A stretch of DNA of 64,000 nucleotides from the human T2T-CHM13v2.0 reference genome, Homo sapiens: NCBI RefSeq assembly GCF_009914755.1, contig NC_060929.1; one strand, given 5' to 3'. Position 1 is the first letter of the stretch; each line of letters opens with the position of its first letter. The translations under genes and the position numbers were made by a program. Positions 29,359 to 44,579 of the stretch are shown here, piece after piece. A model generated the notes under the pieces. It saw only the letters and a program-made list of their open reading frames with translations, was not told the origin of the DNA and did no database searches.

Positions 29359-30109
29359 TTATACTGGGAATTGTGTCCCGAAGGAATAATGTCACATGAA
29401 CTTAGTTCCCAGGCCCCAACTTCAGGGTCACTGTAGAGTTCTGGAAACCTTTGTAGAACAGTTCCTGTTCTCACCCCTTCATATGCATTCTTTCAGTTTT
29501 TCCAGACAGAATCAGCGGCCAATTTGGAGACACAAATACTTAAAACAATCCCACTTCCTACCTTGCCATAAATACATGAGCATAAGCTCTGGTTGTGAAA
29601 TTCAATGCTTATTTGGCTCAAGGTTAAATTGTAAAGGAGCTTTAAGGGCCCCATTTAGGATGGAGATAAATGCACAAATGAAAATGCACATAACTCGGGG
29701 AACACACGCAATTAATGATGGCCACTGGAATACCCTGCCTCCTTGGGCCAGCAGCTCTCCTGTTTTGGAACTGCTTAGATAAAATTGGCGGGAGCCAGGA
29801 AGGAGGGGACGCTGTTGCTTCAGTGCAAGATGACAACTGAAACCAGGAGGGAAGTAAGTGGGAGGAGAGGCTAGAGCAGAGGGCCATAATTTCATTATGA
29901 ATTCCTGCCTATTCTGAGCAATTGTCCCCAAATCTGTCATTGAAAGTGCAGTTTCCTCTATGAAAACTGTCTTTCCAAGAACCTTGGGAAAGATTATGAG
30001 AACAGGAAGTAGGGTATCCAATTCTTGTTGGTAATGAACTTTATTCTGTATTTGTTATTTATGAATTCTGTGTGCTGTTCAGTCTTGTCTGGTAATAAAG
30101 TTAGTATTA

Positions 30110-30365
30110 CTTTTTATTCCTTCATTTGTCCAGCAGACACCTGCTGATGGCTCACTGTGTGCCAAGTGCTGTGCTGGGCACCAGGCATATTGAACGGGTC
30201 CTGGTTACTGCCCTCTGGTGCTTACGCTCCATCAAGAGAAGTAGACAGGAAGCATCTAATCACAGACAGAAGTTTCATACTTATCAGGGTGATGTGTGCT
30301 ATCAAGAGTCAAAGGATGTGATGAGAGCAGGCAACAGAAGTGACATTTGAGCTGAAACTAAGGAC
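30110..30365 (-). mobile_element. L2 3' fragment
   Basis: TTCCTTCATTT...CACTGTGTGCCAAGTGCTGTGCTGGGCAC...AAGTGACATTTGAGCTGA. Confidence 0.7.
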
Positions 30366-30566
30366 AAATAGGAGAAAAGTCGGCAAAAAGATAAGGGAGA
30401 GAGAAATAGGGAAAAAAAGCGATCAAATGCCAGAAATGGGGCTGAAAAGATGTAGAAGTGGTTTCTAAGCATGGGTTTATCATCTCTTTTCTCATCTTTG
30501 CATCAACTACATGAGTTTTTCCAAGCGTGGTCTGTGAGTCTCTTGCATCAGAATTCCCTGGAAGTA

Positions 30567-31191
30567 CAGTCAGTCCTCTGTGTCCACCAGTTCTGCATCT
30601 GCAGATTCAACCCACTGTGGATAGAAAATATTGGAGGCTGGGTACAGTGGCTCATGCCTATAACCCCAGCACTTTGGGAGGCCGAGGTGGGTGGATTACT
30701 TGAGGTCAGGAGTTTGAGACCAGCCTGGCCAAGATGGTGAAACCCTGTCTGTACTAAAAAATACAAAAATTAGCTGGGCATGGTGGCGCACGTCTGTAAA
30801 TCCCAGCTACTCAGGAGACTGAGGCAGGAGAATCACTTGAACCTGGGAGACGAAGGTTGCTGTGAGCCAAGATCGTGCCATTGCACTCTAGCCTGGGCAA
30901 CAAGAGCAAGACTCTATCTCAAAAAAAGAAAAAGAAAATATTCGGAAAAAAACCCAAAACAATAAAAGTATATATAATAATAATAAGTACAAGTAAAAAA
31001 TGGTGTAACTATTTATATATCATTACCATTGTATTAAGTATTATGAGTAATCTAGAGATGATGTATATGGGAGGATGTGCCTAAGTTATATGCAAATACT
31101 AAGCCATTTTACACAAGGGACTTTGAGCATCCTCAGATTTTGGTATCTGGGGTCCTGGAACTAATCCCCCACGGATACCAAGGCACTGCTG
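30567..31191 (-). mobile_element. MER2 (TcMar-Tigger MITE)
   Basis: CAGTCAGTCCTCTGTGTCC...GGTCCTGGAACTAATCCCCCACGGATACCAAGG...CTG flanked by TA on both sides. Confidence 0.85.
30636..30934 (+). mobile_element. AluS nested in MER2
   Basis: Full dimer; TSD AGAAAATATT. Confidence 0.93.
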
Positions 31192-31207
31192 TATGTTAAA
31201 AAATCAG

Positions 31208-31607
<400 letters not shown>

Positions 31608-31979
31608 TTAGGTAATTATTTTACATACTCAGTTTGATTTGAGAGCCACTTCTTGTATTAGAGATTTATAATTTCTGCCAAGACTACTGTTTATGTAATA
31701 CCATTTGATCCCCACAGTAACCTTATATGGAATACAGGTATAGGATATATCATCATTCCACTCTTACAGATGATGTAGCTGAGGCCTGGAAAAGTGAAGG
31801 GATTTACTCATTCATGTGCCTTCTGCCCTCCTCACACCAGCAGGCTCTGCCTCTAAGTTAGATTATAAAATAATCCCACTCACTTTACAAATATGATGTC
31901 ATATACCCAGGCATAGTTAGCTTGAAGGCATACTTCTATTTCCTTTACAGTGTTTGTTTTTGGCATAATATTACCTAGT

Positions 31980-32205
31980 AGTTCAGCAGGTTTAAAGTCA
32001 GAAAGACCTGGAATTGAGTCCCAGTTCCGCCATTTACGAGCTGTGTGACCTTGTGACCTTGAATAGGGTACTCACCTCTCTGTACTTCAGTTATTTCATT
32101 TGTCAAATAAGGATGAATAATAATGCCTACATCACTGAGTTGTTACAGAGACTAAGTACTGCATGCAAATACCATGTACAGAGTTTTTTGAGCACTTGGT
32201 AAATA
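31980..32205 (+). mobile_element. MIR
   Basis: GTCAGAAAGACCTGG...CTGTGTGACCTTG...CTTCAGTTATTTCATTTGTCAAAT. Confidence 0.75.
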
Positions 32206-32523
32206 CTAAAAAAAATTGGCAACTATTTTACCTATAACATTTAGGACACATTGAAGATGTAGTAAGTGTTACTTACTAATTGAAACCCAGATAAGTATCA
32301 CAAGAGAGGTTACACATGGAAGGCTTAAATAAATGCTATAAGTCATTCAGGCAAAGACATGTAAGAAAACCCAGTATCAAACCCAGTATCAATGAGCACA
32401 TCTAGTATCCTGATTTTGGTATCTAAATACCATTTCTCACAAAGCCAAGCTAGGCCTCCTTGGAGAAATATTGATTTAAGGTCTGAAGAAGGGAAAGTAC
32501 AAAGTGAGTCTGAAACATTTTGT

Positions 32524-32818
32524 GGCCAAGTGCTGTGTCTGACACCTGTAGTCCCAGCACTTTGGGAGGCTGAGGCAGGTGGATCACTTGATTCCAGAAG
32601 TTCGAGACCAGCCTCAGCAACATGGTGAAACCCCATCTCTATAAAAAATACAAATATCAGCCCCATGTGGTGGTGTGTGCCTATAGTCCTAGCTACTTGG
32701 GAGGTTGAGGTAGGAGGATCTCTTGAGCACGGGAGGCTGATGTTGCAGTAAGCCAAGACCACACCACTGCACTCCAGCCTGGGTGACAGAGGGAGACCCC
32801 ATCTCAAACAAACAAACA
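32524..32818 (+). mobile_element. AluJ
   Basis: GGAGGATCTCTTGAGC J-type right arm; (AAAC)n tail. Confidence 0.9.
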
Positions 32819-32859
32819 TCTTATTGTGCCACTGTGATATTGTGAAACAAATATATATT

Positions 32860-33244
32860 CAGTCATGCATTACTTAGCAAGGGGGATACATTTTGAGAAA
32901 TGCATCACTAGGTGATTTTGTCATTGTGCAAACCTCATGGAATGTACTTACACAAACCTAAATGGTGTAGCCTACTGCACACTTAGGCTATATAGTATAC
33001 AGATAGACTTTTACTCCTAGGCTACAAACCTGTACAGCATGTACTGTACTGAATACTGTAGGAAATTGTAACATCAGATATTTGCGTATCTAAATATATC
33101 TAAACATAGAAAAGGTACAGTAAAAATGTAAAAGACTTTTAAAAGTGGTTTGCCTGTATAGGGCAGTTCCATTACAATCTTATAAGACCATCTTTGTATA
33201 TGTGGCCCATTGCTGACTAAAAGTCACTGTGTGGCACATGACTA
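32860..33244 (+). mobile_element. Tigger3a-like MITE
   Basis: CAGTCATGC...GAGAAATGCATC...TACTTACACAAACCTA...GGCTACAAACCTGTACAGCATG...GCACATGACT, inserted in a TA-rich site. Confidence 0.8.
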
Positions 33245-33986
33245 TATACATTTATGTGTATATTTTTGTTTTCATGTACAGTTCCTGACTCGTGGCTTCT
33301 AAAACCCTTGTAATTTTCTAAGTGATGAGAGCAATTGGTATACCTTTTGTTAAAATATTTCGCCCTTTGTCTTGGGCTTCTGAAACAGGTGCAAGGTGAA
33401 AGTTGTGTCTTTGGTTGTACATAACAAGCCTCTTTCGACTACAGTGAACTTATTTTAATGATGTGATTTTTGGAAAGTCCCTAGATATCCACGGCATGGG
33501 GGCTGGTTGCCAGGGGAATCAACCATGTAATTATAGGGTCCAGTTATCCAGCCTCCTCCACCTTTGGGAACGGGAGAGGGGCTGAAGGTTGGTCACCAGT
33601 GGCCAGTGGTTTGATCAATCATGCCTATGTAATGAAGCCTCCATAAAAACCCAAGTAAGACTGGGTTCCTGCAGCTTCCAGGTTGGTTAACAAGAATGCA
33701 TTCAAGTGCGGGCAGGGTTGTGCACCCCAGCTCCACAGGGAGGGAAGCTGCTACACTTGGGATCCTTCCAAACCTCACCTTATGTCTCTTTTCTTCTGGC
33801 TATTCATTTATATCCTTTAAAAATACTTTGTAATAAAGAGGTAAATGGAAGTAACTTGTTTTTTTGAGTTCTGTGAGGTACTCTTGCAAATTAATTGGAC
33901 CCAAGAAGGGGGTTGTGGGAACACCAATTTATAGCTGATTGCTCAGAAGTACAGGTCCCAACCTGGCGTTTGTGACTGGCATCTGA

Positions 33987-34390
<404 letters not shown>

Positions 34391-34730
34391 AAGAGTGTGT
34401 CAGAATTGAATTGAGTTCAAGGATACCCAGAATATCCAGGTGTCTGCTGGAGAATTGCTTGGCGTATAGGAAAAAGCCACCTCCACACATCTGGTGTCAG
34501 AAGCGAAGTGTTTGACTGTGTAAGAGAGTAAGACACTCTCTCCTTTGTTTTTTCCCATCTTTAGACACATAAAGCAAAGAAATACTTAAAGACTGATGGG
34601 AACACATCAGAAAAGATAGATGAGCTAACTCAAAGTGGATCCCATTTCCCAAATTTGGGACAAATGATGTTGATTATAATGCATTAAGTTGAAAAAAAAA
34701 ACTATGAGTTCACAGTGGAGATTAAAAAGA

Positions 34731-35021
34731 TGGTGGCTCACGCCTGTAATCCCAGCACTTTGGGAGGCTAAGGAGGGCAGATCACGAGGCCAGGAGATCG
34801 AGACCATCCTAACATGGTGAAACCCCGTCTCTACTAAGAATACAAAAAATTAGCTGGGCATGGTGGCGGGTGCCTGTAGTCCCAGCTACTCGGGAGGCTG
34901 AGGCAGGAAAATGGCATGAACTGGGAGGTAGAGCTTGCAGTAAGCCAAGATCACGCCACTGCACTCCAGCCTGGGTGACAGAGTGAGACTCTGCCTCAAA
35001 AAAAAAAAAAAAAAAAAAAAA
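34731..35021 (+). mobile_element. AluY, slightly 5'-truncated
   Basis: GGAGATCGAGACCATCC, AATGGCATGAA, GAGCTTGCAG; TSD AAAAAGATGG. Confidence 0.9.
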
Positions 35022-35669
35022 GATGGGATGGAGCAGGGAAAGCATTTTTTTTTTTTTTTTACAAAATGCCCATGTCTGTATATAGAAGGAATTATAGAGT
35101 CAGAAAAGCCAGAAAATTGCTATTTTGTAACACCATTATAATAAGGGATTCAGGTAACAATCATAGTTGGGTGTTAAAGCCATTGGTTAAAGGTTGTTGG
35201 GAAACAAGATATTCACGTGGTCTTAAATATTACTTAATTTCACTTATTTTAATATTATACAAAGAGAAAAGTGTATCTTTCTGATAGGGAGATCTGGTAA
35301 ATACCATCTAACCAAATAACCAAATTTAGCATCACCTATCATCGGACAGACTGACATGACGTGTCTTCTGATGTGATGCAACAGGAAGTATGCAACCTCA
35401 CCCATGCAGTAGTGTTGCCAAAATTGTCTAATCTGAGTCAAATAATGGAAACAATCAGACAAATCCAGAAAGACATCCTTCAAAACATCTGACTGGTACT
35501 CTTCAAAACTTTTACTGTTGTAAAATGGGAAGAATGTTCTAGGATCTAAATCTAGATTAACATTCTAGAATTAATGTTGTAGCATTTGGATTAAAGGAAA
35601 CTAGTGACTGGCAACTAAATGCAGTGTATAGTCCTTGATTGGGTCCTGGCTTTTAAAAACAAGTATAGC

Positions 35670-36022
35670 ACAATTTAAATGTCTACCCACTATCAAATAG
35701 ATAAAATATAGATGAACCCTGAAAACATTATACTAAGGGAAAGAAGCCAGACACGGACACATATTCTGTGAGTCCATTTCTATGAGATTTCCATAATAGG
35801 CAAATCCACAGAGACAGATTAGTGTTTGTCAGGAGCTGCAGGGAGGTGAAGAATAGGGAATGACTGCTAATGGGTGCAGGATTTTTTTCTAGGTGGATGA
35901 AAATGTTCTAGAATTAGATAGTAGTGATAGTTGTGTAACCTGTGACTGTTCTAAAAACCTGAGTTGTACCCTTGAAAAGGGTGAATTTTATATGTGAATT
36001 ATATCTCAATTTTATAAAAATA
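35670..36022 (+). mobile_element. L1MB-type 3' end
   Basis: GAAAACATTATACTAAGGGAAAGAAGCCAGAC...GACTGCTAATGGGT...GTGAATTATATCTCAAT. Confidence 0.8.
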
Positions 36023-36067
36023 TCTGAAATTTTAAAATCAGAGACAAAGTTTAAAAGGCTATAACGG

Positions 36068-36415
<348 letters not shown>

Positions 36416-36553
36416 CTATTAGGTAATTTTTTTTCAATGTTAAATGTCTTGTATGTTCTACCTTTTAGGAAATATTTAGGGATCATTGTGCTTCACTTTC
36501 AAATGTATCAGAAAAAATTATTGGGAGAAAGCAAATGTGGTAATATTGTAATA

Positions 36554-37192
36554 CAGTTGAACCTTGAATAACAGGTGTTTGAACTGCTATGGTCCAGTTA
36601 TGCTTGGAATTTACTTCCACTTCTGACATCCCTGAGACAGCAAGACAACCCCTCTTTTCCCCTCCTCCCCTCCCTCCTCCCCTCCTCCCCTTCCTGCTTC
36701 CCCCCTTCCCTCCCTGCTTCGCCCTCTCCCCTCCTTGCTTCCCCCTCCCCTCCTTCCCTCCCTGCTTCCCCCTTCCATCCTCCTCCCCTCCCTGCTTTCC
36801 CCTTCCCTCCTCCCCTCCCTTCTCCCCCTCCTTCCTCCCTCCCTCCTCCTTCTCCTCTTCTTCCCTCCTCTTCTTCCTTTTCTGCCTACTAAATGTGAAG
36901 ACCTTTATGATGACCTTTGTGATGATCCTTTTCCACTTAATGAATAGTAAATATATTTTCTCTTCCTTATGATTTTCTTAACATTTTCTATTTTCTAGCT
37001 TACTTTATTGTAAAAATACCACATATAATACATTTAACCTACAAAATATGTGTTAATCAACTGTTTATGTGATTGGTAAGACTTCCAGCCCACAGTAGGC
37101 TCTTAGTAGTTAAGTTCTGGGGGAGACAAAAGTTATACTCCATTTTCGGCTGTGTGGGGGTCTTAACCCCCATGTTGCTCAAAGTTGAACTG
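36554..37192 (+). mobile_element. Tigger2a-like DNA transposon
   Basis: Terminal inverted repeats CAGTTGAACCTTGA...TCAAAGTTGAACTG; internal CCCTGAGACAGCAAGAC and CCACTTAATGAATAGTAAATATATTTTC. Confidence 0.85.
36648..36883. repeat. C/T-rich low-complexity tract inside Tigger2a
   Basis: About 235 bp of near-pure pyrimidines with recurring CCCTGCTTCCCC units. Confidence 0.92.
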
Positions 37193-38906
37193 CAGTTGGT
37201 GATTTAGGTAAAATGCATATAGGAGTTCATTGTATTATTCTTTTAGTTTTTTTGTAGCTTAAGCTTTTCAAAATAAAAAGATGGGGGTTGGTGAGACCAC
37301 TTACTGAGTGTCTATGGCAAACCAGATAGGAGGTTGTAGATTCCTGTGGATTGTGACAGGGATATTAGGAATATTAAGGCATATCTCTACCTCCTTTTTG
37401 AGTGAATCCTCAATGGAGAGTGAATTGTATGCTTCCGTTCAAAATTTTCTCTTGGTTCTACCAGCATCAGAGACAGAAAGTTAGGCTGTTTGTCTTTTGG
37501 AAAAGTCATTCTGTGCTTGCACTTCCTAGGTATAGTGGGTGTCCTTAATCACGTTGTCTGATTTAATAGCATTGGGGGTCTTAAAAATCTTCCAAATAAC
37601 TAGTGTTAACTTTATTAATGAAATTGAAAGGGTGATGAGATGCAAGTTGGTCGGGGGTGGGGGTGGTGAAGGTCTAAGAACAACAAAGAAGAAGAGGTGG
37701 GCCATGGGCCCCTTTAGTGGGGAAAGCAAATGGTCAAGGCTAAGAACCCAAAGCTTGGCTGTTGAGTTTGGGTAATAAACGGGAAGTGAGGCAAGCCAGT
37801 GCCCCAACCCCATCTGCAGGCTCTAAGTAGTAAAATGAATCCATGGGAGCGTCTCTGTTCAGGCCCCAGGTGCTCCTGGCTAGTGGTTAGGAAGCGGGTA
37901 AATTGGTGTCTCCTATTGTCCCACCTATTCACAGTTACCCCTCTTAACCACGGAATCATTGTCATCTGTTCAGCCATTTTTCTGTTATTTGATATTTGTT
38001 CTTTTTGCCTCAAGGAGGCTAGGAGAGTGCCCTATAGAGCTGAACTAAATAGCATGTACATTTGGACAGAGACTCAGGGTCTCACTTGGGAGCGGGGGCT
38101 GGGGGTATGGAAGTGGCTGAGCAGCAGCAGCAGCGACATAAGGAAGTTTTTGTGAGGCTGACTAGGGAGGGTGGGGAAGACTGGATTTCTGGTTCACCCC
38201 GACCACTGGTGCTTTCTGTTTTTAAAACAGACGTGCTTCATCCTTCCCAGAGCAGGGGCCAAAGATGGGAACTCGAAATGCAAAGTCCCAGCCGGGGAAA
38301 TTAAGCTGCAAGAGCTCAACGCCTGAAAAATATTGACTGTTTCTTTTTTTAAGCTAATATTCCAAATTTCTTATGAAAGTCAACTTAGACATCCAGGACA
38401 CAGGAAACAAGGCAAGAGGCCGCAGCCAGCTGCCTCAGAGGACCCGGGACACTTTCTTAATAACATCCAGATGGTTCCACAGGAATTGCTAACATCTTGA
38501 AAAAAAAAAAATCAGCTGTGGGAGAAATCGAGATTCAAGTGGTTTAGGAAGGACAGCCTGGAGGAGACTCCCAAGGGACTGAGAGTGGGTCTGAAATAGA
38601 AACCTCTCTGGTGGGATGACTGCTTCCTACAGCAAGGCTGGAGAGGACTGGGTGTAAAAATCCAGGGCTTCTCTTGGAGACTTAGGGTTGGCAAGGAGCC
38701 TTGACAGAACTGGCCTCCTAGTCATGTTAATCCATTCACTAGCCTGGGGTTGCAATAACTTTTTACATTATTTTTTCTGTTACATTTACTTCACAATCTA
38801 CTGTATCTGTTAGGTTCTGCAGGCACAGGGCTCAGGGCCAACAGGTTTTTGAGGGCCTATAGCAATATTTAGCCCTGAAAAAATGTTACATAGATAGTAT
38901 ATATAA

Positions 38907-39261
<355 letters not shown>

Positions 39262-41354
39262 TTAGACAGCAAAATATAAATATATTTTCCAACAAATGAA
39301 AGAACCCCACCCCCCAAATTTAGTGGATTAAATGCCTATAATAGCTAACCGATTGTATCAACTCCATCAGTTCTTAAGTTTAGTATTCGTTAAAAGCTTT
39401 ATTTCATTTGGAAACAATCTGTATGTTAGATTTTCTCATTTCTGAGGAATTGTTTCAACATCACCTCCTTGGAGCCCAATAATTTTAAAAGCAAAATTTT
39501 TGAATCCTTCCATAGTTATGCTGCATGCTGTGGAATGAAGAGGCTGCGGCTCACCAAGGCTCACAAAGACCTTACCACGATCCCGGGTGTTCAGAAGAGG
39601 TGTGTGTTTCTTCCTTCCTCCCTCTCGTCACAGTTGCTGTCCCCCAAGGAAGAGGAAATGACTTGCTTGTGGAATCCGTTTGCAAGCAAATCACTTATTT
39701 GGAACCAAAAATGGGGGAGAAGGAAGTAGGAGCCATAGACTCAGGGCTTGATCAGGATTCCGCAAGCCTTAGAGTTTTCCACTCCCCACAACATACCTCT
39801 CACCTGGGCCATTTAGAGGCATCTCCTGCCTCCCACTCTGTCTCTGCCTGAGGTCTACACTCCGCGCCCCCCCACCACCCCCCAGCCCGACCCCCACTTT
39901 AACAGGATTCAACTCCTTTGTCTGACTGTGACCACAGGTGATGAGAGCTGGGAGGGCGAGTTGGTTGGCCTTTCTTGCAGCTCCCACATTCTAAATCAGG
40001 AAGCATGCAGGAGTGGAGAATGAACAGCAAGAATATACACAGCCTGGAACTTCCAGTCTGAAATGTCTAGGGCATTTAGTATGAAAAATCTGTTCATAAC
40101 TGAAAAAAGAAAACACCTAATGCAGGAACCAGAATTTTCTGCAACAAGCAACATTACCAAAAAAAGACCAGCCAAGAGGGCTTGCCAGAATTGGCTATAG
40201 AGCGTTATACCAGGTAAACTCGTCAGATGGAACCATGTCTTTCCTTTGGGAGAACACTGACATTTAGGCTTTGGCTTCTTGAGATTCTGCTGGAGGACTT
40301 TTCAGAGGAATGCAATGACTCCTTCCTTCCTCCCTGAACTGAAATCCGGGCTATTACAATTCCAAATGGACACAGAGTCCTGCCAAGTTTATAGGAAATT
40401 GGAATGACAGCTTGGGTTCCCACCACTAGGGATAGCAGAAGCTGAATGCTCAGAGAATAAGTAACATTTCCCTGGTGATTCCCAGTGTGTCTATTTTTAT
40501 TTTAAGGAGTTCTGTGTTTTCATTCAGTTTTGTGAATGGAGGAATCCATATGGAATTTTCACCAACTCTACTAAAATAAAAGCATGTAACTTTTCAGCAG
40601 TGTACTGAAATATCCACAAAGATTCAAGGTTAGGTTGGAAAGAATTCCAGACATTCACTTTTGAAGACCTGTGAAAAATCTGCTAACTTCTAATGGGTAC
40701 CTTCTGGGCATATGACAAAGGACAATATCAGTTGCTAAATCCATCCATGTACAAGAGATATTGTCTTCAACAAAGCACAGCTCATCATTTAATAGAAGTT
40801 ACAAAGTAGTTACTCTAAGATAAGCAGCTTGTTTTAATAAATATCAAGTATGAATATTTATATATTTTATTGAAAGTGCAGGATTTTGGGGGTGGAATGG
40901 GAAAAAGAGACTGATAAGTCCCATGCATAAAACAGGTATATTTTTACTGGTAATTTCCAGTAAGTTTTCTTGAACATGTATATTATTCACGACTATTTGA
41001 AATTATCTTGTTTGTTCATTTGTTTGTTTACTGATGGTGTGATTCCCAGCTTCTTCAGTGTCCACCTCCACCTCTTTATTTCCTCTCTAACATAAGCTGC
41101 ACAAAACAGGGAGCTTATCTATCTTGACTCTCTACCTCCAGACCTAGAAGAGTGCCCGAAACATGGTTCTAAGTAAATGATTTTCTCCCCTCTTCATCCA
41201 ACCGACAAAAATTTCCTCCTCCTCTTTCCTTATTTTTTTAAAAGGTTAGTAATGAAAAAAGACATTATACATATTCATACAGGTGACTGGGATTTTTGTT
41301 ACAGTTGTTACTGTTTGTCTTGTCTTATGGTACACGTTAATTGGACAATGTGCC

Positions 41355-42260
41355 CACATTATTCATGTAAAAAATATGTGTCTTCTCTGTACCCAGCACT
41401 GTTCTCAGAAGGAAAAATCCTGTATCCATGGAACTTACATTCCAGTGGAGAGAGACAGACAGTAAAACATAAATATATATTTTGTCAAGTGGGGATAAGT
41501 GCTATGAAGAAAAGTAAAGCTGGATTTTAAAGGGGTGGTCAGGGAAGCTTTCTGATAAGGGGCCATCCTTATCAGAAATGAGAGCTTAGGAAGCTAAGCT
41601 TGCTGATAGCTGGCGGAAATGCTGCCTGGGTAGCATCATGTGCACAGCTTAAAGCCGGACACATGCTTACCTCCTTTGTGGAGTAGCAGGGAGGCTGGAG
41701 CAGAGTTAGCCACAGGAGCGGGTGTAGGAGGTGCCATGGGAGAGCTGCGGCAAGTCACAGAGGGCTTGGGGGCCTGGGCAGACTGTGGCTTCTACTCTGT
41801 ATGACATGGGGAGGCCCCTCGAGGGTCTAGAACCAATGGGCACCATGACGTGGCTTAGGTTCTAAAAGGCTTCCTCTGGCTGCTGTGTGGCAAAAAGAAT
41901 GGGATGGGTGGCTTGGCAAGAGGGGAGGAACGAGACCAAGTAGGAGGCTTTGTAGTAATCCAGGTGAGAGGGATGGCAACCCAGACTAGTGGAAGTGATG
42001 AGAGATGGTCAGATTTTGAATATGCTTTGAAGGCAGGGCCAGTGAGATTTGCTGATGATTTGAAAGTGGGACATGAGAGTGGGAGCCAGGGATAGTTTTG
42101 AGGCTGTCAAGCTGAGCACTTTGCAGAATGATTTCCTGGCCATTTAGCGAGATGGAAAAGCAGGCTTGAGGAGAACTCAAGGGTTGACTTTGGGTATAGG
42201 TTTTAGAAGCTTTGTTGAGCCTGTAGGGAGAGGCCAAGTAGGCAGTCTCACGTAGGAGGG
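41355..42260 (-). mobile_element. L2 LINE
   Basis: GGAACTTACATTCCAGTGG; GGGGTGGTCAGGGAAG; GTAATCCAGGTGAGAG; GATTTGCTGATGATTTG. Confidence 0.8.
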
Positions 42261-43426
42261 TGAAGTCCTAGCTTGAGACCTTCACTGGCATGGTGACCAC
42301 TGAGCCCTGACAAGCCAAGGGCCCAAGAGGATGGGGCCAAACATGGGGCCAGTGTCAGCTGACACGGATGCCAAACCTGCATGATCACAGTCCTCAAGTC
42401 TGGAACAATTCTCCTACATAGTTACCAGGGAAATCTACCAGGGTTGAAATTCCACCCCTCTGAGTAATTCAGGGGCCTTATTTAGTCTGTTGTCTTCATG
42501 CTAATGTTCTTTTCCTTTATCTCTATACCCTTATGCTATTTATTGATCAAAGAACCATAAAGTTACTTGTTTTTAACAAGACAGAATACCACAGCATGGA
42601 GGTTTCACTTTAGGATTTAAACATTTTGGCTTTTTACTGCTAACTAATGGGCCTGCAGGCTAGGAAACATAAAAGGACCCTCATTTGTATTCCTAGTGAA
42701 TAACCATCCTGTGTCTGGGAAAGCCTGGCAGTAAATGACAGGTAAGGCTGGGGCAGGGAAGCTTCAGGTCCCTTCTTTGCAGAGGCCTAATGGACCACCA
42801 GTCCCTAGACTGATTGATGTCAGGCAAGAACGTCCAGGGAGTCTGCCACTGTCTGCTCCAAAACAGGATTTAGTCCTTCCTAACCTTGGGAATTTCTGAA
42901 GCCCCAATTCCTTTATGACTGTTTACTATCCTTAGTCCCCTGGGATCTAGTATAATCAGCTGGTGGATTCCTTTTTCCTTAAACCTAAGTCTGAAGCCCC
43001 ATGGGCCTTTCCCATAGCATAAATAACATTCTATTCCTGTACATATTGCCTCATTCACAGGAAGTAGTCTCTAAATTACATCACAGGCCAGTTCTACTGT
43101 ATTCCATTGACGTTTATTATGGAACCATTGTAGGAATGACATGGTTCCTGTCTCCAAAAGCTAGCTAGCATATCCTATCCATTATGTTCAAGATTCTGGA
43201 GCGGGTGGCAGAAATGGGAGAAACACAGGTGACTGAAATCCCAGGATGTCTCATCATCCTCTCTAGGTTGTAGCAAATCTTTTCTCCAAATATTTCCCTA
43301 AGTTCATAGGGGTGAGTGTATGACAAAGCATGATAACTTAGCTATGCCGTTGGCTGACATGATGGAATGCTAAACACATTTATCTTTGGAAAGTAGATTA
43401 GAGGGGAAAAAAGTGGGTTATATCAG

Positions 43427-43870
43427 TGTTGCAGAAAACCACTAGTCATCTCCCAGTATCTACCCTTCTCTTCTTCTGTGGTGATAACATTAAAGCCCCA
43501 ATTTTAAGCTGGGCATATGGCCACTTGGGATTAAGACTATATTTCCCAAATTCCCTTGCAGCTAGGTAGGCCATAAGACTGAGTTCTGGCCAGTGTGAGT
43601 AGGTTAAAGTGTCTAGGGGCAGCTCTTAGAAACCCACTTAAGAGGCATTGTGTATACACACTTTCCCCTTCTTCTTCATGCCTGCCTTTGTCCTGCTGTC
43701 TGAAATGCAAATACTGCCATCTTGGTTGAGTCCATGGATGATGAAACAAGAGAGAAGGAACAGCCCGCCATGCACTGACTGTCGTCAAGGCTTCTTATAT
43801 GATAGAGAATAAACTTTTATTTATTGGAGGGTTTCTGTTCCTCACAGCTGAACCTAATCTCAATTCAACT
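43427..43870 (+). mobile_element. MLT1J-like LTR
   Basis: TATTTCCCAAATTCCCTTGCAGCTAGG...GACTGAGTTCTGGCCA...AATAAAC...CAGCTGAACCTAATC. Confidence 0.7.
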
Positions 43871-44186
43871 AGCTAAATATTCCTCCAATTAGAGTGCTTA
43901 GCGACAGGCTCCACAGTATCATTCTCAGCTGCTGAGAACAATGTGCCCATTCCTGCCGAGTCATGGAATCTTTACTCCAAGAGATGGTAATATATCATCA
44001 AGATCATTCTAAAAGCTTAATGCAGTGAGCATCACTTAATACCTGAATACCAAAAAGTGAAAATAATGGTTTCATGTCTAATGGGACTTGAGTTCACATG
44101 TCCCCTCAGCCACAGGGACTTGTGCTGGCAGACACCACTGTCCTCTGCTTTGGTATTTCTATCACTTGGACTCTAGATATAGGTGA

Positions 44187-44501
<315 letters not shown>

Positions 44502-44579
44502 AAAGCCAACATGGTTTCTAAAGACAGATGAGAGAAGTACCTACCATTTCCTGAGGCTGGCTTTACCAAGGACGTAACA

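Noticed and set aside
36575-36972. Pro/Ser/Leu-rich ORFs in all three frames
   Set aside because: Artefact of a stop-free C/T low-complexity tract.
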